DNA of 64,000 nucleotides from Deltaproteobacteria bacterium (GTDB lineage Bacteria; Myxococcota_A; Polyangia; HGW-17; SLPX01): NCBI GenBank assembly GCA_021162935.1, contig JAGGXR010000162.1, positions 21,159 to 85,158 of the forward strand, read 5' to 3'. Shown piece by piece: positions 1 to 9,689 of this stretch (position 1 is its first letter; each line of letters starts with the position of its first letter). The notes under the pieces were generated by a model. It saw only the letters and a program-made list of their open reading frames with translations, ran no database searches and was not told where the DNA came from. The position numbers and the translations under genes were made by a program.

Positions 1-77
1 GGTCCGCTCCGTGGGACAACCTGTTCTGGTCAAAGAAAAACGGGCATCATGAGCGCTGACTGGCCCAGGAGATTCCC

Positions 78-527
78 ATGCAACGAAAAGAATCAAGCAT
101 GACGTTGACGAAAAAACAGGCCGAGCAGATCCGCCAGGTACTCCTGGAAACGCAAAGCCGTATTCTCAGCAACGCCGAGGACGGCCTAAACCTGAGCATG
201 AACCGTGACCTGGAAACCCCAGGAGACTCCATCGACGAGACCTCCGACGAAGAACTCCTTTCCACGGAACTGCGACTCAGAGACCGAGAAAAAAAGCTAC
301 TCGGCAAGGTCCGCTACGCACTCGAACGCCTCGACGAAGGGATCATCAACGAGTGTGAAGACTGCGGTGAACCGATTGGTTTCAACAGACTCCTCGTCCG
401 ACCGGTGACGACGCTCTGCGTCCGTTGCAAAGAGGAGCGAGAGGCCCGGGAACGCGTCATGGCGACATCCGCCTCGCCGGGCCCCGGCGTCACGGCCGTC
501 CAAGATGACGATTCTCTCGATAGTTAG
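78..527 (+). CDS. DksA/TraR family C4-type zinc-finger transcriptional regulator
   Basis: 149 aa. C-terminal CxxC-x17-CxxC (CEDCGEPIGF...LCVRC) preceded by a coiled-coil-like region, the typical DksA/TraR architecture. Confidence 0.7.
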   Translation: MQRKESSMTLTKKQAEQIRQVLLETQSRILSNAEDGLNLSMNRDLETPGDSIDETSDEELLSTELRLRDREKKLLGKVRYALERLDEGIINECEDCGEPIGFNRLLVRPVTTLCVRCKEEREARERVMATSASPGPGVTAVQDDDSLDS

Positions 528-600
528 CTGCTGTTGACTCTGAAACAAAGATGGGCCATGGTCCGGGCTAACAGCGGATGCAATCCTTCGGCGGGCGTGA

Positions 601-2016
601 ATGTCTGAAGAACAAAAATACCGCATTCTAAAAAAACTTGATGCTGGCGGTATGGCCGAGGTATTCCTGGGCGAGTCGGAGTCCATCAAGGGCTTCAAGC
701 GCCGTGTCGCCATCAAGCGCATCCTGCCGCACCTCACGAAAAACAAACGATTCGTGCAGATGTTCCTGGACGAGGCCCGATTGAGCCTTCAACTCCAGCA
801 CGCGAACATCGTCCAAGTCTTCGACATCGGCAAGGCGGACAACACCTTCTTCATCGTGATGGAGTTCATCGATGGCACCAGCCTGAAGGCCATCATGTCC
901 CACGCCACGAGAAGGGGGCGCCTCGTCCCGCTCGAACAGTCCGTGTACCTCATCCGTGAAATCTGTGAAGGGCTCTCCTACGCACACGACCAACAGGACA
1001 TCGACACGGGGCGACCGCTCGGCCTCGTCCATCGTGATGTGAGTCCTCCCAACATTTTGGTGTCGAAGCGAGGCGAACTCAAACTCGTCGACTTCGGTCT
1101 GGCCAAAGCAGCAACCCAACTCGAGACGACCGATCCTGGCGTGGTCAAGGGAAAATTCTCCTATCTTTCACCTGAGGCTGCCTCCGGCCTCGAGGTCGAC
1201 CGTCGGGCCGACATTTTTGCCACAGGTATCTTGCTATGGGAGTTGTTGACGGGAAGACGCCTGTTCTACGGAGAAAACGACTTTCAAACCATCGAGTTGG
1301 TCCGAGAGACGAAGATCCCTCCCATGAGTATGGCCAATCCAAACGTTCCCCAAGAACTGGAAGCCATTCTCCTCAAGGCGCTCGCCAAGAATCCCGACGA
1401 CCGATACCAGACCGCATCCGACTTCGCCAATGAACTGACCAAATTCTTGTTCAGCAAAGGGCTGGCCGTTGCCCGAAACGACATCGCCCGGCTGGTCTCC
1501 GAAGTCGTGGCGGACACGGAAACGGCAAAACCAAAGGTAGCCGCAAAGACCGGCGGAATCATCGACGCCCTCATTCAAGAAGAGATCGTCAAGTTCACCT
1601 CTTTGGACAATATTGACGATCCACTCGACGTGGGGGCCAAACCGCTCAGTCCTGAAGACATCAGCATGATGGGCCCCCTCGATCCGGGCGATTTCATTGA
1701 CCCGCGGGGCTGGGCCGATGACCTGGCCAGTGAAGGGATCGTGGCCGAACCAACGGAAGCAGCCCCCGAGCCCGAACATCCGGGATTTCCCGTCGAATTG
1801 AGTGAAGTCGAGGACCCGGCCGGCCCACGGCGCACGGAACGAATAACGCCCCAGCGCCAAAAAAAATCGTCAGTGGCCGAACACCGACGACCTTCCCCAT
1901 CTCCAAAGGCGGCCGCTGAAAAATCCATTCCTTTGCTGGTATGGCTCACTCTGGGCATTTTGGTGCTGGTCACGGCAGGAGCCGGCCTCGTCCTGTCAGG
2001 CATCGTCACCTTCTGA
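601..2016 (+). CDS. Ser/Thr protein kinase, C-terminal tail-anchored (single TM)
   Basis: Hanks kinase motifs: GGMAEVF, AIKRI (VAIK-like), HRDVSPPNILV, DFGLAK, SPE. The C-terminal hydrophobic helix LLVWLTLGILVLVTAGAGLVL lies after an acidic/Pro-rich linker. Confidence 0.85.
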   Translation: MSEEQKYRILKKLDAGGMAEVFLGESESIKGFKRRVAIKRILPHLTKNKRFVQMFLDEARLSLQLQHANIVQVFDIGKADNTFFIVMEFIDGTSLKAIMSHATRRGRLVPLEQSVYLIREICEGLSYAHDQQDIDTGRPLGLVHRDVSPPNILVSKRGELKLVDFGLAKAATQLETTDPGVVKGKFSYLSPEAASGLEVDRRADIFATGILLWELLTGRRLFYGENDFQTIELVRETKIPPMSMANPNVPQELEAILLKALAKNPDDRYQTASDFANELTKFLFSKGLAVARNDIARLVSEVVADTETAKPKVAAKTGGIIDALIQEEIVKFTSLDNIDDPLDVGAKPLSPEDISMMGPLDPGDFIDPRGWADDLASEGIVAEPTEAAPEPEHPGFPVELSEVEDPAGPRRTERITPQRQKKSSVAEHRRPSPSPKAAAEKSIPLLVWLTLGILVLVTAGAGLVLSGIVTF

Positions 2017-2113
2017 CGACCCCTCTATCTCTTTTCACGACCACACCTCAAAGGAAACCGAAATCTGACCCAAGAATCGCTCGCCCGACCGCAGTCCGAT
2101 GCGGCCGCATGCA

Positions 2114-5100
2114 CTATCGACCAAGGCGCCGCAATGAAGTTCTCGCTTCTGCCTCCAGGGATCCATAGGGCCTGGCCTTCAGATACCGCCGGAACCATTC
2201 GACGGCCTTGCGGCGATGGCCACGACTCCGGGCAATTTCTCCCATATAATAAAATGTCGGCGCATAGGCCGCATCCAACTTCAGACCGCGGGTAAATGCC
2301 TGAGTTGCCCGCCCGTTTTTCTCCTCTTCGTAGAAACAAACACCCTGGAGATGGTACGTTAAGGCCCCCTTTGGAACCAGCCTGGCAGCCTTCCTGAAAT
2401 GCCGCCAAGCAGCATCTGTATGCCCCTGAAAATAGAGAGCCCGTCCCAAATAGGCCTCGATCTCGGCCTTGATCCTGTTGGGGCAATGATCACATGCGCG
2501 CAAAGCAGAACGAAATCGGGAGATCGCACGTCGCACCTTCCCGCGAGCGAACCAAAGCAGACCCCAAGCAACCCAGACCTGCGGACGACGGCGCAACCGA
2601 CCACTGAGGGAATCCAGAAGGTTTTCCGCTTCCCCGGATTTATCCTGATACCGCTTGGACAGGGCAGCCAAAACCGTCGCAGCCACGAGCGTCCCATCAT
2701 CTGGCGCCCGACCAGCCTTGGACAACAATCGGTCCGCAGAGGCAAATCGTCCCCGACGAAGAGCAACGCGCCCCTTGACCAAATACCACGGTGCCCGTCG
2801 CAGCGCAGCACCGACCCCGTCCAGCACCTTGTCCGCCTGGTCCAGCTTGCCCTCGGTGGTCAGCACATCGGCCAGACCGACAGCCGCTGCCACCAATTTC
2901 TTGTTTCGATGCAACACCTTCCGATAGCGCTTGATTGCAGACTGAAAGAGTCCTGCATCGTATTCGATCTTGGCAAGCATCAAAAGACAATCCAAACAAT
3001 CCGGCCGATCCGCCTCGGCTCGTTCCAAAAGCTTACGCGCAGCCACCCGCTTGCCCTCAGCCACGAACACCCGAGCCAAATGGAACACGATCATCGGGTT
3101 GTCCTTGTCCTTGGCGAGCGCCTCGCGAAGTCGCGCTTCCGCGCGGATGAACGCCCCTTGTTTCGCCAGCATGATGGCACTCGTGGTCAGAACAGCGACA
3201 TCCGTCGGATGTTGTTGAAACAGACGATGGACCAATCGAGACGCCTCCTTCACAGAGCCCTGCTTCCACAAAACTCTCACCAAGAGCAACTGCATCTCCA
3301 GGTTATTCGGATACGACTTGGATGCGAAACGCACGAACTTGAGCGCTTGATGATACTGCCCCATGACCAACAGCGTCCGGCCGTAGAGCAGGTGCCAGCC
3401 CACTTTCCTGTCGGCCTGACCCACCGCCGAAAGCGTCTTGAGCGCCTTTGGATACGCACGAACCGCGAAATACCCCCGGGCCAACGCCATGACAGCACTG
3501 GCCCTTTGTGGATACAGCCCCACGAGACGCACCAATTTCGTCAAAGCAACCTGGTTGCGATTCAAGTCCAGCAGAATTCGTGCACGCAGCTCTTCGAGAT
3601 CCGGCCGCCCGATGAACGCCTTCCGCTCCAATCGCGACATGAGTGGCGCCACGCCTGACGCCCCCCGCTGGCACAAAAGAATGCCGGCCCCCACCAAGAA
3701 GTATCGATCCACCCCCTTCTCCTTCGAGACCAAATCGACCCGTAACAGGACGCTGTCTTCCTTACTGAGGGCATCGCAAGGACAATGACCGGCCGATCGA
3801 CAGCGCGCCAACCGGACACGCCCAAGAAACAGGGCCAACCCAGGATGACGGGAATGGGCCATCCCGATGGTCTCCGCCTGCTCACCGGCTTCTTGAAACC
3901 GTCCCATACCGAGAAAAACCCGCCCCAACCACAAATGCCCCAGGACTCCAGGAGACGGGGACAGCTTGAGCGCCCGCTTCAGTGCGCCCTCGGCTGCCAC
4001 GAGATCCCCCTTGTCGAAAAGAGCAATACCCCGCACCAGATACACCCAAGCCGACCGTGGATAGCGCGCCGTTGCATCGACACTTCGTTTCAGGGCCAAA
4101 GCAACCTTGTCCGAAAGCAGCGCAGACGCAATCTTGGCTGCAGCAGCCAAGGGCCCCTGATCGACGGAAACCAAGGAAACGAGTTGCTGCACACGCACAG
4201 GAGAGCCCCCATACTCGAGGACAAAAATCGCCTGGGCAAGGGTCCGACCAGCCAGCCCGTGTTTGCGCTGTCCGGACATCTTTTCAAGGCGACGAAAGAG
4301 ATACTCTGCCGCCCTGATCCCGCTCGGATCGCCTTGGGCCAATCGACTGAGGGCTTTGTTCCGAATCGACGACACCTTCCCCGATTTGCTTCTCCGCACG
4401 TACAGCAACCCTGCGGTCAACGCGATGGCCACGACGAGGATCGTTGCTCCGGTAACGATCTGCCAAAGCTCCCTTTTCTTCCGCCGACGGGGAACATGTT
4501 CCGTCCTGGTACCGGGCCGAACCTTTGGCGTGACTCTGCTGACAGGCATCTTCGGACCGGCCGGTGTCCGAGGAATCCTCGAATCGGCTGTCTGTGCCGC
4601 ATTGCCCAATGAGCGCGCCTGGTGGGGCTGCTGCAGATGATCCTGCCCCTGCCGACGAAGGCCGGAACCTCGACCAACCCCGGCCTCCCCGCCCCAGACA
4701 GGCGGGGCCCCCGACCCACGAACCGAACGAGACGAGGGCCGCTGGGCCGCAGGTGCCCGCGATTCTCCGGCAGCCGGCAGCGATGGCGGCCTCGCTCGTG
4801 GAGGCCCGCCAATCGCGGGCGACGGCGGCGCCTGCTCAAGAACCCGCCTTGCAGGACGTGATGGCGGTGCTGGCGGTGGTGCCAAATGGGACGGTGGAGA
4901 CATCACGGGAATACCGGTGATGTCCAGATGCGGCGTCGTGGGGGCATCTTCCATCTGATCCCCGACTAGGACGGAGCGACGGAGCGGCTCCCGTTTCACT
5001 CCAGGAGGCAGCGGGGGAACATGCTTGCCAAGGGCACCGCGGCTGACCTTTTTGACCGGACGCGGCAGTTCGACCCCGGTGCGCCTATTCCGAATCGATC

Positions 5101-6409
5101 GATTCTTGTTTTCGGACTCGTCCAGAAACTTCCCGGTGATGGGCTTGTCAGTGGTCACGTCGGACAGGTCGTCCCAATCCTCTCGGGGATGCTGCCCGGT
5201 CGTGTCCGGCTTAAGAGAAACCGTTCGCTCCTCGGTGACCTGGACCGTCCCCATGACCACGGCTTCGTCTGTGGGGGGGCGCACATGGGACGGCACACTC
5301 TCCCGAATCTCACCCGTCGTGACAGCCACCTGCTCCACCGTTGCCAGGCGCTCCTCGGGAACGAACTTCACCACGACACCGCGAGGTCCATCATCTGGAG
5401 CAGGCTCCGGCTCGAGCCCATCGATCACGGCCTTTCGAACGTGGACATCTCTGGTGGCCTGCTCTGCCTCCTCCTCGGCGTCCCCCACAGAAACCTCGAC
5501 GTCTCGTTCGGACGCCTCTCCCGCCTGGGTCACGACTGCCGTCTGGGCACGATAGGACGCAGCAACGGTGACCGCCTCACCACGACCGTCCCTGCTGTGC
5601 CCCGGTGAGGATGACAAGACACCATCTTTCGACGACCCCACAGCACCAAGTTGCGCTGCCGAAGATCCTCCGATCGAGGCCCCGTCACCATCCTGCCCTC
5701 GGCCGCTTTCGCCCCCCAACGACTCCTGTCTGGAACCGGCCGCTTCAAACATTCCAGGCACCATGGCGCCTGAAATCTCTTCGGCAGCGGTCGCATCGCC
5801 CACATCCAAATAGGCAGGCTCGTCCTCCGTGCCCGCCTCAGCAGCGCCGGCCTGAGCCCCAGCCGGACCACCATCCCCCAAACGAGCGTTTGGATTCGCC
5901 GCATCGTACTCCGACATATCGGGCGGCGATTCCATCATCTCCGTGGGGTCCTCTTCAACGCCAGCCTCCCCATCAAGGGGATATGCTTTGGTCGAGGCGG
6001 TATCATCCGTCCATTCGTTGTCCTCATCCCCAGTGCTTCCCACCTGAATATCCGCCAACAATCGATGGACCTTTCGATTGTCCGGATCGAGCTCGAGCGC
6101 CCGAGTCAATTCTCTGTACGCCAGGCTAAATTCCCCCTTAAAAAAATGGGCCTCCCCCTTGATTGAGTGTGCTTCAGCCACGTCTGATGACGCGTTGAGC
6201 AGAACCTGGGTCTCGGCGATCACCTCGTCGTAATGCGCTAAAGACAGCAGGCAACGGACCAGGAGCAGACGGCACTCGACGAAACGTGGCTGACTGAGCA
6301 AAATGAGCCGACACAACTTCACCGCATCCGCGTATCGCCGTTCCTCGTCGGCGAGTACCCGTGCCTTCTCAAATTGTATCCGTGCCAGGTCATTCATCTC
6401 GATACCCAC
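2114..6409 (-). CDS. Large TPR-repeat membrane protein (1431 aa) with acidic and Pro-rich disordered segments
   Basis: Long ORF. N-terminal and C-terminal halves are rich in TPR-like helical repeats (A/L/K/R-rich 34-aa periodicity). Acidic and Pro-rich linkers. One predicted TM helix (LWQIVTGATILVVAIALTAGLLYV). Lies downstream of the FHA sigma-54 activator on the same strand. Confidence 0.65.
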   Translation of the reverse strand: MGIEMNDLARIQFEKARVLADEERRYADAVKLCRLILLSQPRFVECRLLLVRCLLSLAHYDEVIAETQVLLNASSDVAEAHSIKGEAHFFKGEFSLAYRELTRALELDPDNRKVHRLLADIQVGSTGDEDNEWTDDTASTKAYPLDGEAGVEEDPTEMMESPPDMSEYDAANPNARLGDGGPAGAQAGAAEAGTEDEPAYLDVGDATAAEEISGAMVPGMFEAAGSRQESLGGESGRGQDGDGASIGGSSAAQLGAVGSSKDGVLSSSPGHSRDGRGEAVTVAASYRAQTAVVTQAGEASERDVEVSVGDAEEEAEQATRDVHVRKAVIDGLEPEPAPDDGPRGVVVKFVPEERLATVEQVAVTTGEIRESVPSHVRPPTDEAVVMGTVQVTEERTVSLKPDTTGQHPREDWDDLSDVTTDKPITGKFLDESENKNRSIRNRRTGVELPRPVKKVSRGALGKHVPPLPPGVKREPLRRSVLVGDQMEDAPTTPHLDITGIPVMSPPSHLAPPPAPPSRPARRVLEQAPPSPAIGGPPRARPPSLPAAGESRAPAAQRPSSRSVRGSGAPPVWGGEAGVGRGSGLRRQGQDHLQQPHQARSLGNAAQTADSRIPRTPAGPKMPVSRVTPKVRPGTRTEHVPRRRKKRELWQIVTGATILVVAIALTAGLLYVRRSKSGKVSSIRNKALSRLAQGDPSGIRAAEYLFRRLEKMSGQRKHGLAGRTLAQAIFVLEYGGSPVRVQQLVSLVSVDQGPLAAAAKIASALLSDKVALALKRSVDATARYPRSAWVYLVRGIALFDKGDLVAAEGALKRALKLSPSPGVLGHLWLGRVFLGMGRFQEAGEQAETIGMAHSRHPGLALFLGRVRLARCRSAGHCPCDALSKEDSVLLRVDLVSKEKGVDRYFLVGAGILLCQRGASGVAPLMSRLERKAFIGRPDLEELRARILLDLNRNQVALTKLVRLVGLYPQRASAVMALARGYFAVRAYPKALKTLSAVGQADRKVGWHLLYGRTLLVMGQYHQALKFVRFASKSYPNNLEMQLLLVRVLWKQGSVKEASRLVHRLFQQHPTDVAVLTTSAIMLAKQGAFIRAEARLREALAKDKDNPMIVFHLARVFVAEGKRVAARKLLERAEADRPDCLDCLLMLAKIEYDAGLFQSAIKRYRKVLHRNKKLVAAAVGLADVLTTEGKLDQADKVLDGVGAALRRAPWYLVKGRVALRRGRFASADRLLSKAGRAPDDGTLVAATVLAALSKRYQDKSGEAENLLDSLSGRLRRRPQVWVAWGLLWFARGKVRRAISRFRSALRACDHCPNRIKAEIEAYLGRALYFQGHTDAAWRHFRKAARLVPKGALTYHLQGVCFYEEEKNGRATQAFTRGLKLDAAYAPTFYYMGEIARSRGHRRKAVEWFRRYLKARPYGSLEAEARTSLRRLGR

Positions 6410-6520
6410 ATAATCGCGGGATTTTAGGACGAAATGAGCCTCCAGCGCAATGAGAAACGTTTGCCCATCTAAAAGGTCGATCTCTTACCGCGCCCGTACC
6501 GCGCCCACACCAAGGGACGG

Positions 6521-7909
6521 TCACCCCGACGACGATCGTTTGAGTTTGAGACGAAAGGTGGACCGATGCATGCCCAACAAACGAGCGGCCTTGCTCTGAT
6601 TGCCTCCTGTTGCGGCCAACGCGTCGTCGAGCATCTTTCGTTCGATGGCTTGTAGATCGGAAACCGTCAGGACCGAGTCTGGACTTCCATAGGTTCTGAC
6701 GTCCTCATGTGCAGCGGGAGGACGGTTTTGCGCGTCCGCCGCCTGGAATCGCCCAACACCGGCTCCAGGCAACAACCCGGAAACCACGTCTCGCCAACCC
6801 AAGACACCCGCCCTTCGGACGACGCTGCGGAGTTCGCGGACGTTTCCAGGCCATAAATAGGCCATCAAAGCCTCCATCATTTCCGAATCGGGCTGTCGAG
6901 GCGCCTTCGCCCGAACCATCTTCCTGATAAAATGCTCAATCAACATTCCAATGTCCCCCCCGCGATCCCGCAACGGAGGCAGAGACACGGTCGCTTCCGC
7001 CAACCTGAAATAGAGATCGCGCCGAAACCGACCCACTTCCACCATCTCGTCCAGACGACGGTGGGTGGCGCAAACCACCCGGACATCCACGGCCCGCCAC
7101 GACTTGCCGCCGAGGCGTCGCACCCTGCCGCCATCGAGCACCCGAAGCAATGCCGGCTGCTGCTCAAGGGGCAATTCTCCAATCTCGTCCAGGAACAGCG
7201 TGCCCTGATCCGCCATCTCGAAGAGGCCCGGCTTGGGTCGATCCGCCCCGGTGAAGGCGCCCCGCTCAGAACCGAACAACTCGGACTCGAGCAGTTCAGG
7301 GGGCAACGCACCGCAGTTGACCGGAACAAACGGCCCCTGTGCGCAATTCCCCTCGCGATGCAGCGCCTCCGCCACCAACTCCTTACCAGTCCCGCTCTCT
7401 CCCGTCACCAGGACGGCCAGATCCGTAGCGGCCAACTTCCGCACCACGGCAAACAGACCAAGCATCACCGGATCGCCGCTGACCATCGAGCCACAAACCT
7501 GACGTCCGCCCTGCGGGGTAATCTTCCCACGATCGGACAGGGTCAAGGTGGCATTGCCGAGCCCAAGCGAATCACCGGCCCGCACCTGTCCACTCATCAC
7601 ACGAACCCCGTTGAGGTACGTCCCGTTCTTGCTCCCCTCGTCCGCCACCCACCAGACACCGTTGATCCGCTCCATCCGGCAATGGTGGCGGGATACGGTC
7701 GGAAACGCCAACCGAAGATCGCATGAGATATCCGAGCCGATCAGGACTCGTTCTCTGTGAAGCGTCACCGGACGATCGCGACCCGGGACATGGATATACC
7801 GAGGCGACTTGGACTGGTTCTCCATGGGCATGGACCGAGTTCCCCCAATTCCTTGCTTGTCATGAGATTCGACGGGCGCTCCAAGCATACGAGACATGGC
7901 AACCTCCAC
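6521..7909 (-). CDS. FHA-domain sigma-54-dependent transcriptional activator (FHA + AAA+ sigma54-interaction + Fis-type HTH)
   Basis: N-terminal FHA ([14 protein letters not shown]...SRHHCRM...SKNGTYLNG). Central sigma-54 AAA+ domain ([27 protein letters not shown]). C-terminal HTH ([20 protein letters not shown]). Confidence 0.85.
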   Translation of the reverse strand: MEVAMSRMLGAPVESHDKQGIGGTRSMPMENQSKSPRYIHVPGRDRPVTLHRERVLIGSDISCDLRLAFPTVSRHHCRMERINGVWWVADEGSKNGTYLNGVRVMSGQVRAGDSLGLGNATLTLSDRGKITPQGGRQVCGSMVSGDPVMLGLFAVVRKLAATDLAVLVTGESGTGKELVAEALHREGNCAQGPFVPVNCGALPPELLESELFGSERGAFTGADRPKPGLFEMADQGTLFLDEIGELPLEQQPALLRVLDGGRVRRLGGKSWRAVDVRVVCATHRRLDEMVEVGRFRRDLYFRLAEATVSLPPLRDRGGDIGMLIEHFIRKMVRAKAPRQPDSEMMEALMAYLWPGNVRELRSVVRRAGVLGWRDVVSGLLPGAGVGRFQAADAQNRPPAAHEDVRTYGSPDSVLTVSDLQAIERKMLDDALAATGGNQSKAARLLGMHRSTFRLKLKRSSSG

Positions 7910-8240
7910 AGAAGCATTCGATGCGACAACTGGTTGTCGAACAACGAACGAAAATGTTGCGTGCCCCGACGTGGATCCGACGGATTCCGCTGGCGTCTAT
8001 CCTTAAAGGGCGAAAAAATCATGGGGCCCATTGCCTCACCACCTCAATTGCTTCAACCCAGGCCACCTGGTTCTTCATTCATCCTTGTCGTCGCCCCTGC
8101 GTCTCGACCGCCTCACCATGACCCCCTCCCTTATGAATCAAAGCCAGAATTCCGCAGTAATGGTTGACCCCAAAGACCTTCCTCTGGTATGTATGACAAT
8201 CATTTTCTAAGCGAAATTCGAAAGGAAAGCCAAAATCGCC

Positions 8241-9665
8241 ATGCATGTCACACGTGTCAGCACCTGCATCCTGTTCCTTGCCGGCCTCATGGTCTGGTCC
8301 CGTCCGGGCCACGCCCAATCAGCCCGGGTGGTCCGGCTGGGGGTGGGGCAAACCCAAACGGTGAGTTTTTCCAGAGGGTTCCAGAACGTGCATGTGCTCA
8401 ATCCGGCCGTTGCCGATGTCGTCGCCTACACGAATAAGAGCGTCACGGTCGTCGGAGTGAGCCCGGGGGACACCGAACTGCTGGTGCGCTCGTTCGGCGG
8501 CAGGACGCTGCGGGTGCGGGTCTTCATCAGCAAGACCTCGGTGAGCAAACTGTTTCGGGCCGTCCGCCGTTTTCTTGGGCCCATGGAAGGCGTCCACCCC
8601 CGGCTGTTTGGCGACTGGGTCATCCTCGATGGACGCGCGCTGACGGCGAGAGACTACGGCCGTGTAGTCCAGGCTAAGAAATTATTCGGCATGAAAGTGA
8701 AAAATTTCGCAGGCTACCGGCCAAGTGCCGTCCAGGAAATCAATCAGATCCTGACGAAGGCCGGACTGACCACCGTGCGGGCCACGCTCATCGCTGGCAT
8801 GGTCTTTCTCGAAGGCGCAGTCGGGTCCAAAACAGAGATGGCCAAGGTCAACAAAGTCATCCAGACCCTCAACCTGCGGGTCAACAACCTCGTCAGCATC
8901 GGCAAGGGTCGCCAGGTCCTGGTGGAAGTGAAGTTTGTCGAGATGCAGCGAAGCCGTCACATCAATTTCGGCCTGCAGCTCCCGGCTGCCATTACTGGTA
9001 TGGGCAGCATCATTGGAAACATTCCCCTGTATCCCGCTGGCGGAAGCAGTGTCAATCTGCAGCTCCAGACCCCAGACTCGGCGATGACCGTCCAGCTCAA
9101 CACCCTCTTCCAGACAGGCAAGGCCCGTCTCCTCGCCAAGCCCAAGCTTGTGTGTGGTTCCGGCGAGAAGGCCAAGTTTATGGTCGGAGGCGAGGTTCCC
9201 ATCGTTCACGAAGCGGTCGGGTCCTTCAACGTGGAATACAAGCCCTTCGGCATCATGCTCAACATCGAACCCGTGGCGGACAGCCGAGGCAACATCACGG
9301 CCAAACTCAAGGCCGAAGTCTCCGAACCGGATTGGACCCACGCCATCAAAGGGTATCCAGCGTTCATCACGAGACGCGTGGAAACCAAGGTGACCATGAA
9401 AGAAGGGTCGACCCTCATCCTGAGCGGTCTGTACAGCCACAAAATGTCGAAATCCATCTTCAAATTCCCTCTGTTGGGACACATCCCAATCCTGGGAGAA
9501 CTGTTCAAGTCGAGGGACTACCAGAGAGAAAAGACCAGCCTCGTGGTCTTCATCACCACGCGAACCATCACCGCGAGTCATCCGTGGGTGGTCAAGCAGC
9601 ATAGATTGGTCAATCGACAGATGTGGCATTTTTCCAACGAAACGAGCTGGGAGTTGTTCGAATAG
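8241..9665 (+). CDS. cpaC: Tad/Flp pilus-type secretin (CpaC/RcpA family)
   Basis: Signal peptide. N-terminal pilus-formation beta domain (VVRLGVGQTQTVSF...VVGVSPGDTELLV). C-terminal secretin domain (LLAKPKLVCGSGEKAKFMVGGEVP...TLILSGL...PLLGHIPILGELF). Length 474 aa fits CpaC rather than GspD. Confidence 0.8.
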   Translation: MHVTRVSTCILFLAGLMVWSRPGHAQSARVVRLGVGQTQTVSFSRGFQNVHVLNPAVADVVAYTNKSVTVVGVSPGDTELLVRSFGGRTLRVRVFISKTSVSKLFRAVRRFLGPMEGVHPRLFGDWVILDGRALTARDYGRVVQAKKLFGMKVKNFAGYRPSAVQEINQILTKAGLTTVRATLIAGMVFLEGAVGSKTEMAKVNKVIQTLNLRVNNLVSIGKGRQVLVEVKFVEMQRSRHINFGLQLPAAITGMGSIIGNIPLYPAGGSSVNLQLQTPDSAMTVQLNTLFQTGKARLLAKPKLVCGSGEKAKFMVGGEVPIVHEAVGSFNVEYKPFGIMLNIEPVADSRGNITAKLKAEVSEPDWTHAIKGYPAFITRRVETKVTMKEGSTLILSGLYSHKMSKSIFKFPLLGHIPILGELFKSRDYQREKTSLVVFITTRTITASHPWVVKQHRLVNRQMWHFSNETSWELFE

Positions 9666-9689
9666 CGCGAAATCCCTGGAGGCAAAAAC

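Noticed and set aside
2399-3658. 419-aa plus-strand ORF inside the TPR protein gene, and similar long ORFs (3785-4612, 5021-5608, 5605-6129)
   Set aside because: Antisense or alternate-frame shadow ORFs inside a 4.3-kb minus-strand CDS. High GC suppresses stop codons. Products are Arg/Pro/Ser-rich with no motifs.
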